From: Candidatus Bathyarchaeota archaeon
GTDB lineage: Archaea; Thermoproteota; Bathyarchaeia; Bathyarchaeales; DTEX01
Reading direction: 5' to 3'
DNA: 64,000 nucleotides
NCBI GenBank assembly: GCA_018396635.1
Contig: JAGTQE010000004.1
Span: 3,797 to 67,796, forward strand
Under the pieces are notes generated by a model. It saw only the letters and a list, made by a program, of their open reading frames with translations. It did no database searches and was not told the DNA's origin. Shown piece by piece: positions 19,151-27,838 of this stretch. Position 1 is the first letter of the stretch. Each line of letters opens with the position of its first letter. A program made the translations under genes and the position numbers.

Positions 19151-19183
19151 GCTACATTTTTATGTAGCGCTACATAAAAATAT
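19151..19183. promoter_or_regulatory. Palindromic operator overlapping a TATA-like box upstream of the ArsR-family regulator / ABC exporter operon
   Basis: GCTACAT-TTTT-ATGTAGC-GCTACAT-AAAAATAT. There are three GCTACAT half-sites and a perfect 26-bp palindrome at 19156-19181 (ATTTTTATGTAGC|GCTACATAAAAAT). The A/T tracts resemble TATA boxes 10-30 nt upstream of the ATGs at 19194 and 19206. Confidence 0.6.
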
Positions 19184-19193
19184 ATGATGCCTA

Positions 19194-19784
19194 ATGAGAG
19201 AATTCATGGTAATTAAGGATCCTGAGGTAGCAAAGCTGCTCGCAGATGAGACCCGTAGAAGCATACTGCATAATCTTAGACATTTCGAGATGACCCCCTG
19301 CCAGCTGGCTAAACTTTTGAATAAGAGCGTCTCCTCAATAATGCATCACTTAAATGCCTTAGAGAAAGCTGGCTTGGTCGAGCAAACAAGGAGCGTGGTT
19401 AAGGGGAACTTAGTTGAGCGGTACTATAGGGCTTCAGCTAAAATCTTCGTCATTTCATATGTTCTTAGCGAGGGGCTTGTGCCGGGATCTGAAGAGATCG
19501 CCCAATGGACAAGAGAAATCTGCAGGAATGCTGTCAAAGGGCTGGAGGCTTTTGGCTTCAAGTTAAGTGAGGGAGACGCTGAGGAGCTACTTAACCTAGT
19601 TGAGAGATACTCGCATCTTGAGCAAGCTGCCCGTGAAGAGGCTATTTCCAGATACTCCTCACCGATGCAGATAGATAAACCGGCGCTTAAGCTTATACTC
19701 TCAATTTTGACAGATTTACGCTTATATAATGACAGGGAGTTTCTAGAGGTTCTTAATAATATCAAAAGAAAATTGGAGGGGTAG
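19194..19784 (+). CDS. ArsR/SmtB-family winged-helix transcriptional regulator with a C-terminal helical extension
   Basis: LADETRRSILHNLRHFEMTPCQLAKLLNKSVSSIMHHLNALEKAGLVE is a canonical ArsR HTH. A start at ATG 19206 is also possible. The stop lies 3 nt before the first ABC gene. Confidence 0.82.
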   Translation: MREFMVIKDPEVAKLLADETRRSILHNLRHFEMTPCQLAKLLNKSVSSIMHHLNALEKAGLVEQTRSVVKGNLVERYYRASAKIFVISYVLSEGLVPGSEEIAQWTREICRNAVKGLEAFGFKLSEGDAEELLNLVERYSHLEQAAREEAISRYSSPMQIDKPALKLILSILTDLRLYNDREFLEVLNNIKRKLEG

Positions 19785-19786
19785 GC

Positions 19787-21571
19787 ATGCGCTTACTTCA
19801 TAGACTCTCAAAATACATTTTTAAGAACTGGCATGCCCTGTCCTTAAGCGTATTATGCATGCTGCTCTCAACGTATCTTCAAGTCTACATACCCCGTATT
19901 TCTGGAGCCGTGATAAAGAGCATATTGGAGAGGGGCGGCCTTAACGAGATATTATACCTTGTAGCTCAGTCAATAGCTCTAACATGCATTCTTGGCGTTC
20001 TAACTTTCTTCCAGCGTTACCTGAACAGCTACTTCTCCCAGAGGGTCGTATATGATGTGAGGAATGATCTTTATAAGGCGATTCAAAGGCAGTCATTTGC
20101 ATTCTTCGATAGAATTGAGACAGGGCAGATAATGTCGAGGGCTACAACCGACATTGATAGGATTAGGGGTTTTCTAGGCTTCCAGATAACAGCGCTTATA
20201 GGATCAATATTTCTCATAGCTGGGATTATGATGTCCATGTTTTCAATTAACTTGGAGCTTACGCTCTTCTGTCTATCTATTACGCCGCCACTAATAGTCA
20301 CTTTTGCCCTCTTCGGAAAGAGAATAAGGGATATTGTGCATAAGGCTAGGGAGCAGTATGGCATTTTAACATCGATCTTATGGGAGAATGTTTCAGGCGT
20401 GAGGGCTATCCGTTCTATCGCAGTGGAAGACTATGAGAAACAGAAGTTCAATGGCCAAAATTACCAATATTATCAAAGCATGCTTCAAGCAGTTAAACTA
20501 AGGTCAATATTTATTCCTTTATCTGCGCTGATAAGCGGCTCAATAACAGCCTTCGTTTACTGGTATGGTGGACTACAGGTTATAGGTGGGCGCCTTACAA
20601 TAGATCAGCTATTCGTCTTCAGCGCATATACGGCCATGTTAACACAGCCGATTTCAAGGATAGGTGACGTTTGGAGCAGCTATCAGAGGATGGTTGCTGC
20701 CGGAGAAAGAATATTTGAAATTATTGATGCCGCCCCAGACGTGAAAGAGAAGCCTAACGCTGTGGAGATGCCGCCAATCAAGGGACACGTGGTATTTGAA
20801 AACGTCTCCTTCGGTTACGACAATAACCACCCAATTCTTAAAGACGTAAGCTTTGAAGTTAAGCCAGGGGAAACAGTAGCCCTAGTCGGCCCTACAGGTT
20901 CGGGTAAGAGCACAATAATACGCTTAATACCTAGATTCTACGACCCCACGAGCGGAAGGATATTGATTGATGGGTATGACATCAGAGATGTAAAAATCGA
21001 GTCTCTTAGAAGGCAGATAGGCATAGTTTCGCAGGAGATCTTCCTATTTAACGCCACCGTAAAAGAGAATATAGCATTTGGAAAGCCAGACGCAACAATG
21101 GATGAGATAATAAACGCGGCTAAAATTGCCAAGGCATATGACTTCATAATGGAGCTTCCTCAAGGCTTTAACACAATTGTAGGCGAGGGTGGTGTGACAC
21201 TTTCAGGCGGACAGAGGCAGAGAATAGCTATAGCCAGGGCCTTACTTATGAACCCGAGAATCCTGATACTTGACGATTCAACTTCCAGCGTTGATGTAGA
21301 TACTGAATATGAAATACAGCAGGCGCTGAGCGCACTAATAAAAAATAGAACAACTTTTATCATCTCGCAGAGACTCTCAACGATTAGGAATGCCGATAAA
21401 ATAATAGTTTTAGATAATGGGAGGATTGTTGAGGAAGGCACCCATGAAGAACTTATTAAAAAGAGAGGTCTCTACTATAAGATTTACCAGTCTCTTTTTG
21501 AAGCCCAGAAAGAATTCCTACCTCCCAAGATTAAGGAAGAAGATATGGGGATTATGATGGAGGGACGTTAG
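19787..21571 (+). CDS. ABC exporter half-transporter (TMD-NBD), subunit A of a heterodimer, with a degenerate catalytic base
   Basis: Six-TM exporter domain plus an NBD. Walker A GPTGSGKST, signature LSGGQRQR, Walker B ILILDD followed by S (Asp replaces the catalytic Glu). Confidence 0.9.
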   Translation: MRLLHRLSKYIFKNWHALSLSVLCMLLSTYLQVYIPRISGAVIKSILERGGLNEILYLVAQSIALTCILGVLTFFQRYLNSYFSQRVVYDVRNDLYKAIQRQSFAFFDRIETGQIMSRATTDIDRIRGFLGFQITALIGSIFLIAGIMMSMFSINLELTLFCLSITPPLIVTFALFGKRIRDIVHKAREQYGILTSILWENVSGVRAIRSIAVEDYEKQKFNGQNYQYYQSMLQAVKLRSIFIPLSALISGSITAFVYWYGGLQVIGGRLTIDQLFVFSAYTAMLTQPISRIGDVWSSYQRMVAAGERIFEIIDAAPDVKEKPNAVEMPPIKGHVVFENVSFGYDNNHPILKDVSFEVKPGETVALVGPTGSGKSTIIRLIPRFYDPTSGRILIDGYDIRDVKIESLRRQIGIVSQEIFLFNATVKENIAFGKPDATMDEIINAAKIAKAYDFIMELPQGFNTIVGEGGVTLSGGQRQRIAIARALLMNPRILILDDSTSSVDVDTEYEIQQALSALIKNRTTFIISQRLSTIRNADKIIVLDNGRIVEEGTHEELIKKRGLYYKIYQSLFEAQKEFLPPKIKEEDMGIMMEGR

Positions 21572-21572
21572 G

Positions 21573-23444
21573 ATGGCTTTATGGCATAGGGGTATGCCTT
21601 TCCATGTTGAGGAGGTTAAGGCGGAGAGAAAGACCCCAACTTTAACTCTACTCATAAGACTGTTAAAATACATTGCGCCATACAAGAAGGAGATTGCTGT
21701 AATACTATTGGCCCTGGCAGCCACATCCATCTCAAATATGATAAGCCCCTATATACTGGGAAGAGAGATTATAGCGAAGTATATTCTCCGAGCAGACTTC
21801 GCTGGTTTACAGTCGGTTATACTAATTTTCCTAGGATTCTTGATTTTGAGTTGGATTGCAAATACTGTACGCACGTATCTCGTGGGTAAGATTGGCGAAA
21901 GCATGCTCTTTAAGATACGGTCAGATCTCTTCAACCACCTCCAGACTCTCTCAATAAGCTTTTTCGATCGGAGCAATGTCGGCGATATAGTTTCACGTGT
22001 AACTAATGATACCGACTCCATAGGAGAAGCATTCACCGAAGGGGTTATACATGTTATAAGCGACGTGATGAGCTTAACGCTGGTTATCGGAATGATGTTT
22101 ACGATAAACGTCCAGCTAACTCTGGCTTCAATGACGGTTATTCCCCTTCTCCTCCTAACCACGATAATATTTCAATCAAAGTTTAGAGAAGCCTTTAGAA
22201 GGACCAGAGAAAAAATATCCCAGGTAACGTCTAAGCTTGAAGAAAGCCTCTCAGGCATAAGAGAGATAAAAGCTTTCACTAAAGAGCGGGACTTCGTGAG
22301 CGATTTCCAGAGGATCAATCTAGAAAACTTGAGGGCAAACGTAGAGGCAGCAAAGATTATGGGCGCCTTCTTCCCAACGGTTCAAGTTATTCAGGCTGTT
22401 GGAAGCGGCGTCGTAATGATTTACGGTAGCATACTAGCGCTTAATGGGACGCTAGGCCCAATTGAGGACGCTGTGGGAACGCTGGTAACGTTCCTGCTAT
22501 ATGTTCAAACGTTCTTTAGACCCATACAAGAGCTAACGAATTTCTATTCAATTGTCCAATCAGCTTTAGCGGCAGCGGAGAGAATATTTGAGCTGCTTGA
22601 TGTTCAACCAGAGATAAAAGACTCTGAAAACGCAATCGAAATGCCGCCCATAAAAGGCGAGATAGAGTTCGAGAACGTAACGTTTGGCTACGACCCCAAC
22701 TACCCGGTGATACACAACATTAGCTTTAGAATTAAGCCGAAGGAAACGGTAGCCCTCGTTGGTCCAACAGGTGCTGGCAAGAGCACTATAGTAAAGCTAC
22801 TATGCAGATTCTATGATCCCCAGCAGGGCTCAATAAAAATAGATGGATACGATATAAAGATGTTTACACAAAAATCTCTGCGTAAGCAGATGGGGATAAT
22901 CCTTCAGGAGACGCTGCTTTTCTCCGGAACAGTTAAGGAGAACATCCGATACGGTAAGCCAGATGCAACGGATGAAGAAGTAATAAATGCTGCAAAGGTT
23001 GTAGGCGCACATGACTTTATAATGCAGCTTCCAGAGGGTTACGAGACTAAAGTTGGAGAGAAGGGTCTCAGGCTCTCAATGGGTCAAAGGCAGCTCATCG
23101 CATTTGCACGGGCAATACTTAAAGACCCAGCCATCTTCATTCTAGACGAGGCCACATCAAGCCTCGATCCTTACACCGATTTTCTGATTAAAGAGGCTAT
23201 GAAGAGTCTCTTGAAGAATAGGACGGCTATAATAATTGCGCATAGACTCTCAACTGTTCAAAATGTTGACAGAATCCTTGTAATAGATGATGGGAGGATT
23301 GTTGAGGAAGGCACCCATGAAGAACTTATTAGGAAGAGGGGGCTTTACTACCACTTATATCATATGCAATTTAAGGATATTGAACCCGTCAAAGGAGCGA
23401 CAATAAAAGCAGGCAGCACCATGGGGAAAGCTGACCTTCACTGA
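21573..23444 (+). CDS. ABC exporter half-transporter (TMD-NBD), subunit B of a heterodimer
   Basis: Walker A GPTGAGKST, a deviant signature LSMGQRQL, and a canonical Walker B with catalytic Glu (IFILDEATS). It starts 2 nt after subunit A. Confidence 0.9.
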   Translation: MALWHRGMPFHVEEVKAERKTPTLTLLIRLLKYIAPYKKEIAVILLALAATSISNMISPYILGREIIAKYILRADFAGLQSVILIFLGFLILSWIANTVRTYLVGKIGESMLFKIRSDLFNHLQTLSISFFDRSNVGDIVSRVTNDTDSIGEAFTEGVIHVISDVMSLTLVIGMMFTINVQLTLASMTVIPLLLLTTIIFQSKFREAFRRTREKISQVTSKLEESLSGIREIKAFTKERDFVSDFQRINLENLRANVEAAKIMGAFFPTVQVIQAVGSGVVMIYGSILALNGTLGPIEDAVGTLVTFLLYVQTFFRPIQELTNFYSIVQSALAAAERIFELLDVQPEIKDSENAIEMPPIKGEIEFENVTFGYDPNYPVIHNISFRIKPKETVALVGPTGAGKSTIVKLLCRFYDPQQGSIKIDGYDIKMFTQKSLRKQMGIILQETLLFSGTVKENIRYGKPDATDEEVINAAKVVGAHDFIMQLPEGYETKVGEKGLRLSMGQRQLIAFARAILKDPAIFILDEATSSLDPYTDFLIKEAMKSLLKNRTAIIIAHRLSTVQNVDRILVIDDGRIVEEGTHEELIRKRGLYYHLYHMQFKDIEPVKGATIKAGSTMGKADLH

Positions 23445-23749
23445 ATTGTTAAGAGACCCATTTTTCGCAGATGCTCCGCCTGACCCTTCGTATAACGCCA
23501 GATTATATCTCCCCGGGTCTCATATTGGAAGTCCCATGGTGAAACAAGGACCACATCTCCTACTCTTATCCAAAACCTACGCTTAAGCTTCCCCCTTATA
23601 CGGCATATACGCTCATGACCATCCTGACACTTAACCAACACACGATCATAACCAAGCAGCTTTACAGCTATGCCTAAAACATCGGTTCCGGAGGGAAGCA
23701 CAAGCTCCTCCTCAAGCTCCTCCTCGCTAACAACCTTCTTTTTACCCAA
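23438..23749 (-). CDS. eif1a: Translation initiation factor aIF1A
   Basis: ...VLVKCQDGHERICRIRGKLKRRFWIRVGDVVLVSPWDFQ...GDIIWRY... is the S1-like OB fold of eIF1A. 103 aa. Confidence 0.9.
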   Translation of the reverse strand: MGKKKVVSEEELEEELVLPSGTDVLGIAVKLLGYDRVLVKCQDGHERICRIRGKLKRRFWIRVGDVVLVSPWDFQYETRGDIIWRYTKGQAEHLRKMGLLTIQ

Positions 23750-23926
23750 GTACCCTCCTCATTAATATGATTTTATTTAACCCTATAAAAATACAGCCTT
23801 GCTTAAATACATTACACTCGTCATTTATTTCGCTCTCTAAATCTCCTGTAAAATCAAAATAACCCGCAAGTCACACTTTATATCTTCCGACTTTCAAAGA
23901 TAGCTTTAGAGAGCGAGGCTAACATA

Positions 23927-24700
23927 TTGCGTAAAATAGAGTTGACAACTCTAGAAGACTTACCCATAAAAATTGAAAGTATTAAATCCAGCCTTGAGAG
24001 GATTTATGGCGTAAAATTGGGACTTGAGTTTAAGACTCTGCCCGTTAAATCGCTTTGCCCAACAGAAGATTTTCTGGAAAAGGATAAGCTGGCCGTTATT
24101 CTTATGAAGATTATAGATGAGGGTTATAATGTCCCCATAATAACCGTTAGGAAAGGCGGAGAGTATTATATTGTAGACGGACACCATAGAGCCTATATCT
24201 TAACAAAAATGATGAGAGAAATGGTGGAGTCCTACATACTGCGTTTTCCAGAGGAAGTGAGCTATCGAGCTCCACCAAAGCGTGAAATGGAGGCACTACC
24301 CATGATTGAGCCAGCGCCCATCGATGATCCAATTTTAAAGGCGTGGAGCCAAATAATTACGCTATTGAAGTATTATGAGGCGATATACAATTTGCCGTTT
24401 TATATGGTGGTCGAAAATGTACCCTTAGATAAACTTGTTCCTACTCAGCCACAAGTTAGCATCGAGCAGATAAAGGCAATAGAAAGACTGCTTGTCCCAA
24501 TAGTATGCATTAAACATGATGGAAAGTATTACATTCTTGATGGGCACGCGAGAGCCTTGAAAGCTAGAGGATTGGGCTTAAAAACTATTAGAGCTATCCT
24601 TTTAACTCCTAAAAAGGATATAGAATATGGAATCGTCAAAACAATTGATAAGTTTGGTCTTAAAGGAATTGATGACATAAGAGTATGGGAGAGCGGGTAA
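23927..24700 (+). CDS. Protein with two tandem ParB/Srx-fold (ParB-like N-terminal) domains; possibly related to archaeal free serine kinase (SerK)-type enzymes
   Basis: The module is seen twice: SLCPTEDF...GGEYYIVDGHHRAYIL and KLVPTQPQ...DGKYYILDGHARALKA (the DGH(H/A)RA motif corresponds to ParB box II GxRRxxA). The TTG start is uncertain. Confidence 0.6.
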   Translation: MRKIELTTLEDLPIKIESIKSSLERIYGVKLGLEFKTLPVKSLCPTEDFLEKDKLAVILMKIIDEGYNVPIITVRKGGEYYIVDGHHRAYILTKMMREMVESYILRFPEEVSYRAPPKREMEALPMIEPAPIDDPILKAWSQIITLLKYYEAIYNLPFYMVVENVPLDKLVPTQPQVSIEQIKAIERLLVPIVCIKHDGKYYILDGHARALKARGLGLKTIRAILLTPKKDIEYGIVKTIDKFGLKGIDDIRVWESG

Positions 24701-24704
24701 AACC

Positions 24705-27700
24705 ATGCGCATGAAATGTTTCATATCTGCTCTCTTCACAATAGTTCTTCTATATTGCTGTTTAGCTTTATCAAGCGTTGCTAGCTGCGCTTCTCCCTAC
24801 AGCCCCACTCAGGCAATCGATATAACAGAACTGGCATACGCCTCACCATCGATACATGTGAAGGTGATGGATGCTTTATCAGGTCAAGCTGTGCAGAATG
24901 CGACAATAATATTGTGGGATACGCCACAGCTTACCGCATATAAATATTTTACTGATGAAAACGGAGAATACATAATATCGGGAGGACATATTAGGCTTAG
25001 AACCACATACTGGTTGTACGTCTTTAGGGGCGATTTCCGTGCAAGAATCGTTGACTATGTTCCCGTGAAGACAACAGTATACTTTGAGAGAGCAGAAACA
25101 AAAAACGTAACTTTGATGCTGCTTCCAGGAGCATTGATTGAGATTGAGGGCATTCCTTATATTGCTCAGTCGCCAAGCGTGGAAAAGCGTCGTATGAATA
25201 TAAAGGTTGTGTTGGAGACTAAACCCCCCTATTATTCGTTTATTGATGAGTATGGATCCTCCTTAGACGCTTTCTACTTGGGTCTGCCAGATAATATTGT
25301 GGTTGTTCCTGCGAACCTTTCATTCTTCCTTGAAGTGAAAGTTTTTTATGTACGAAGGGAGTTTTCGCGAGTATCATTTGAGAGGGAGATCTTCCGCATA
25401 TATAATGGCTCTTTGCCGTTTATAGTTTCTCAAGGAGAGCGCCTTCCACCAATCAAGATCTCAGCCTACAGCCTTAAGAGGGGTGTAGAGTATACTAGAA
25501 ATCTATTCGCAGAGATTTCCCGCACAATTGATGAGGCGCAAGCCATAGGGTTTACAGTCTTCGACGAGAGAAGAATGCTAGGCCACGTAAGTCAAAATAT
25601 TGTTGAAGCAGAAATGCTTTTGCAAAGCGCCCAAAAAGACGAGGATTTCAGAAAGGTTTGGCTAACCCTTAGAAAAGCCATTGACGAAATAGACAGCATC
25701 AATAGAATAATTAAAGAAAAACTGTTTTTCGCTGAAAGCCAGGCCGTTTATCTCCCAGCTGTTATTTCGATCTTCAGCATTACAGTATCCTCCTTTTTCT
25801 TTGAGAGTGAAAGAAAGAAGGTATTATCAAATATTGTCCTCTATATCCTGTTCTTAACGATCCTATACTATACTCATCCAGGCACACATATAATAGTTAA
25901 CAGGAACATTGTACTCTTCATATGCGCTGCCATAGCATCATTCATAGTTTTCTCATCTTTAGTTTTCATAATACCGCGAGTTTGGAGGGAACGATCTATC
26001 GAGGGAGAAGTTGTTTGGAGAAGCGCGATTGTATTACTTTTCTCCATGGGTAAACGCCAAATAAAACGCAAAAAGATACGTGGTTTCTTCACAATATTTT
26101 CAGTTGGGATCCTTATTTTAGTGTTTGTTTCGCTTACATCTTTTGGGACCGTTTTTGGGGTGGTTTCTGAGAGAGTCAGCTCTGCTTCGCCATCAGATGG
26201 CATTTTAGTGAGGAGAATGATTAACGGCTCCTCAGCGTTCTTTTCACCACTAGGCTATGGTGACATAGTTACTATCTCGGAAATTATCTCTATAACTAAT
26301 GTTGCGCAGAGATGGAGAAATCTTCCCCAAGCAAACCCGATAGCCCTACTTGTAAACCCGAGAACAATGGAGAGTCAACCCGTTTACGGCATAATTGCCA
26401 TATCGCCCAACATTGAAGCGTCTTATACTAGAATAAAGGAAACTATCGCCAGTGGCGAATATTTAAGAGAAGATGCCTGTGGCGAGATTCTTATGAGTTT
26501 GAGTGTGGCTAAAAAGCTGAATATTAGGGAGAACAGTAATGTGACTTTAAGAGTAGCAGACGTCTTAGTAGAGAATTTTGTTGTGAGGGGGCTCATTAAT
26601 GATGAGGAATATGATGTTTTAAGAGATGTTGACGGCTCATTTTTCGGTCCATATCGTCTGCTCGAGGGCGGTAGACTAAGAAGATGTAACGCTACAGAGA
26701 TTATAGTGGTTAATTTAAAGACTGCGGAAAAAATTCTCGACAAGGTTCCAAACCTCCTTTTACTATCAGAAATTGTTTTTCAACCAGCCCCCATCAACGA
26801 TATAGAGTCAAGCATCAGAAACCTTGTTCTCACATATGGCTACGATGTTTTTGTTTCATTAAATAATGTTGTGACGTATTACCATGTTAGCTCTTATGTT
26901 GAATTTAAGGGAGTTTTAGAGCTCCTGATTCCAATGATTATGGTGATCCTCAATGTTAGCATGGTGATGATTAACAGCGCCTATGAGAGGGAAAAGGAGA
27001 TTAGGGTTTTATCGGCAGTTGGATTAAACCCAACACATATAGGATTAACGTTTGTGGCTGAAGCTACGGTCATAGGTATGGTTGGCGGCAGCTTAGGTTA
27101 TCTAGCTGGCCTAGGCTTTTATAGGACCATAGTGCTCTTCGGCCATGATCTAATGGTTAGAGAGAAGCTCGAATGGTGGTGGAGCGCCTTAGGCTTCGCT
27201 TTGGCCATCTTAGTCTCAGTGCTATCCGCTATGAGGCCGGCGGCTATGGCCGTCAGCGCATATACGCCGTCAAAAATAAAGAAGATCAAGAGACCTGAAG
27301 AGGAGGAGAGAAAACGCAGAGAGGCGATATTTAGGGTGTATCAGGCCAGAGAGCTGAGCATGCCAATAAAAGTATTGATTAATGAAGTGGAGTTCTTTGT
27401 AGGCCATGTTTTAAGCTGCCTAAGTGACTTAAGGTATGGATACATTGAGAGGATTGAAAATATTGAAGAGCTGCCGGAAGTTGAGAGCGTTAGGGGTGAA
27501 ATAATGAAAACTATTAAGTTTACGTATCTATTTGGTCCTCCAGAGAATAGGCGTGGCACAAATAATACTTTAATCCTAGTAAAGAGGCCGGATGAGGAAT
27601 ATTATCGGGTCAAATTGGTTTCTGAGCCAATTTCGCTTGGAATGCCTGAAAGCGCCATAGAGAGAACTGCTGATTTTGTCCATGAAATATTAATAAGGTG

Positions 27701-27737
27701 GATTAAAGAGAAAAGGAGAATCATGGGGGCATCTTAA
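24705..27737 (+). CDS. Giant (1010 aa) membrane protein with a C-terminal FtsX/MacB-type permease module, an N-terminal secreted domain and a cytoplasmic tail
   Basis: Signal peptide (MRMKCFISALFTIVLLYCCLALSSVASC). The region ATIILWDTPQLTAYKYFTDENGEYII looks like a CarboxypepD_reg-type beta-sandwich. There are multiple TM helices around aa 340-480. FtsX motif ...EREKEIRVLSAVGLNPTHIGLTFVAEATVIGMVGGSLGYLAGLGF.... It starts 4 nt after the ParB-like gene. Confidence 0.7.
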   Translation: MRMKCFISALFTIVLLYCCLALSSVASCASPYSPTQAIDITELAYASPSIHVKVMDALSGQAVQNATIILWDTPQLTAYKYFTDENGEYIISGGHIRLRTTYWLYVFRGDFRARIVDYVPVKTTVYFERAETKNVTLMLLPGALIEIEGIPYIAQSPSVEKRRMNIKVVLETKPPYYSFIDEYGSSLDAFYLGLPDNIVVVPANLSFFLEVKVFYVRREFSRVSFEREIFRIYNGSLPFIVSQGERLPPIKISAYSLKRGVEYTRNLFAEISRTIDEAQAIGFTVFDERRMLGHVSQNIVEAEMLLQSAQKDEDFRKVWLTLRKAIDEIDSINRIIKEKLFFAESQAVYLPAVISIFSITVSSFFFESERKKVLSNIVLYILFLTILYYTHPGTHIIVNRNIVLFICAAIASFIVFSSLVFIIPRVWRERSIEGEVVWRSAIVLLFSMGKRQIKRKKIRGFFTIFSVGILILVFVSLTSFGTVFGVVSERVSSASPSDGILVRRMINGSSAFFSPLGYGDIVTISEIISITNVAQRWRNLPQANPIALLVNPRTMESQPVYGIIAISPNIEASYTRIKETIASGEYLREDACGEILMSLSVAKKLNIRENSNVTLRVADVLVENFVVRGLINDEEYDVLRDVDGSFFGPYRLLEGGRLRRCNATEIIVVNLKTAEKILDKVPNLLLLSEIVFQPAPINDIESSIRNLVLTYGYDVFVSLNNVVTYYHVSSYVEFKGVLELLIPMIMVILNVSMVMINSAYEREKEIRVLSAVGLNPTHIGLTFVAEATVIGMVGGSLGYLAGLGFYRTIVLFGHDLMVREKLEWWWSALGFALAILVSVLSAMRPAAMAVSAYTPSKIKKIKRPEEEERKRREAIFRVYQARELSMPIKVLINEVEFFVGHVLSCLSDLRYGYIERIENIEELPEVESVRGEIMKTIKFTYLFGPPENRRGTNNTLILVKRPDEEYYRVKLVSEPISLGMPESAIERTADFVHEILIRWIKEKRRIMGAS

Positions 27738-27838
27738 AAGCAGCCTTTTTTTATTAAACCTGTTAAAAGATCGCTTAGTATAAATAAAATTAATAAAAGG
27801 AGAATGTTAAAATTACATTGTTAAAGAGAGTTGGGTTT

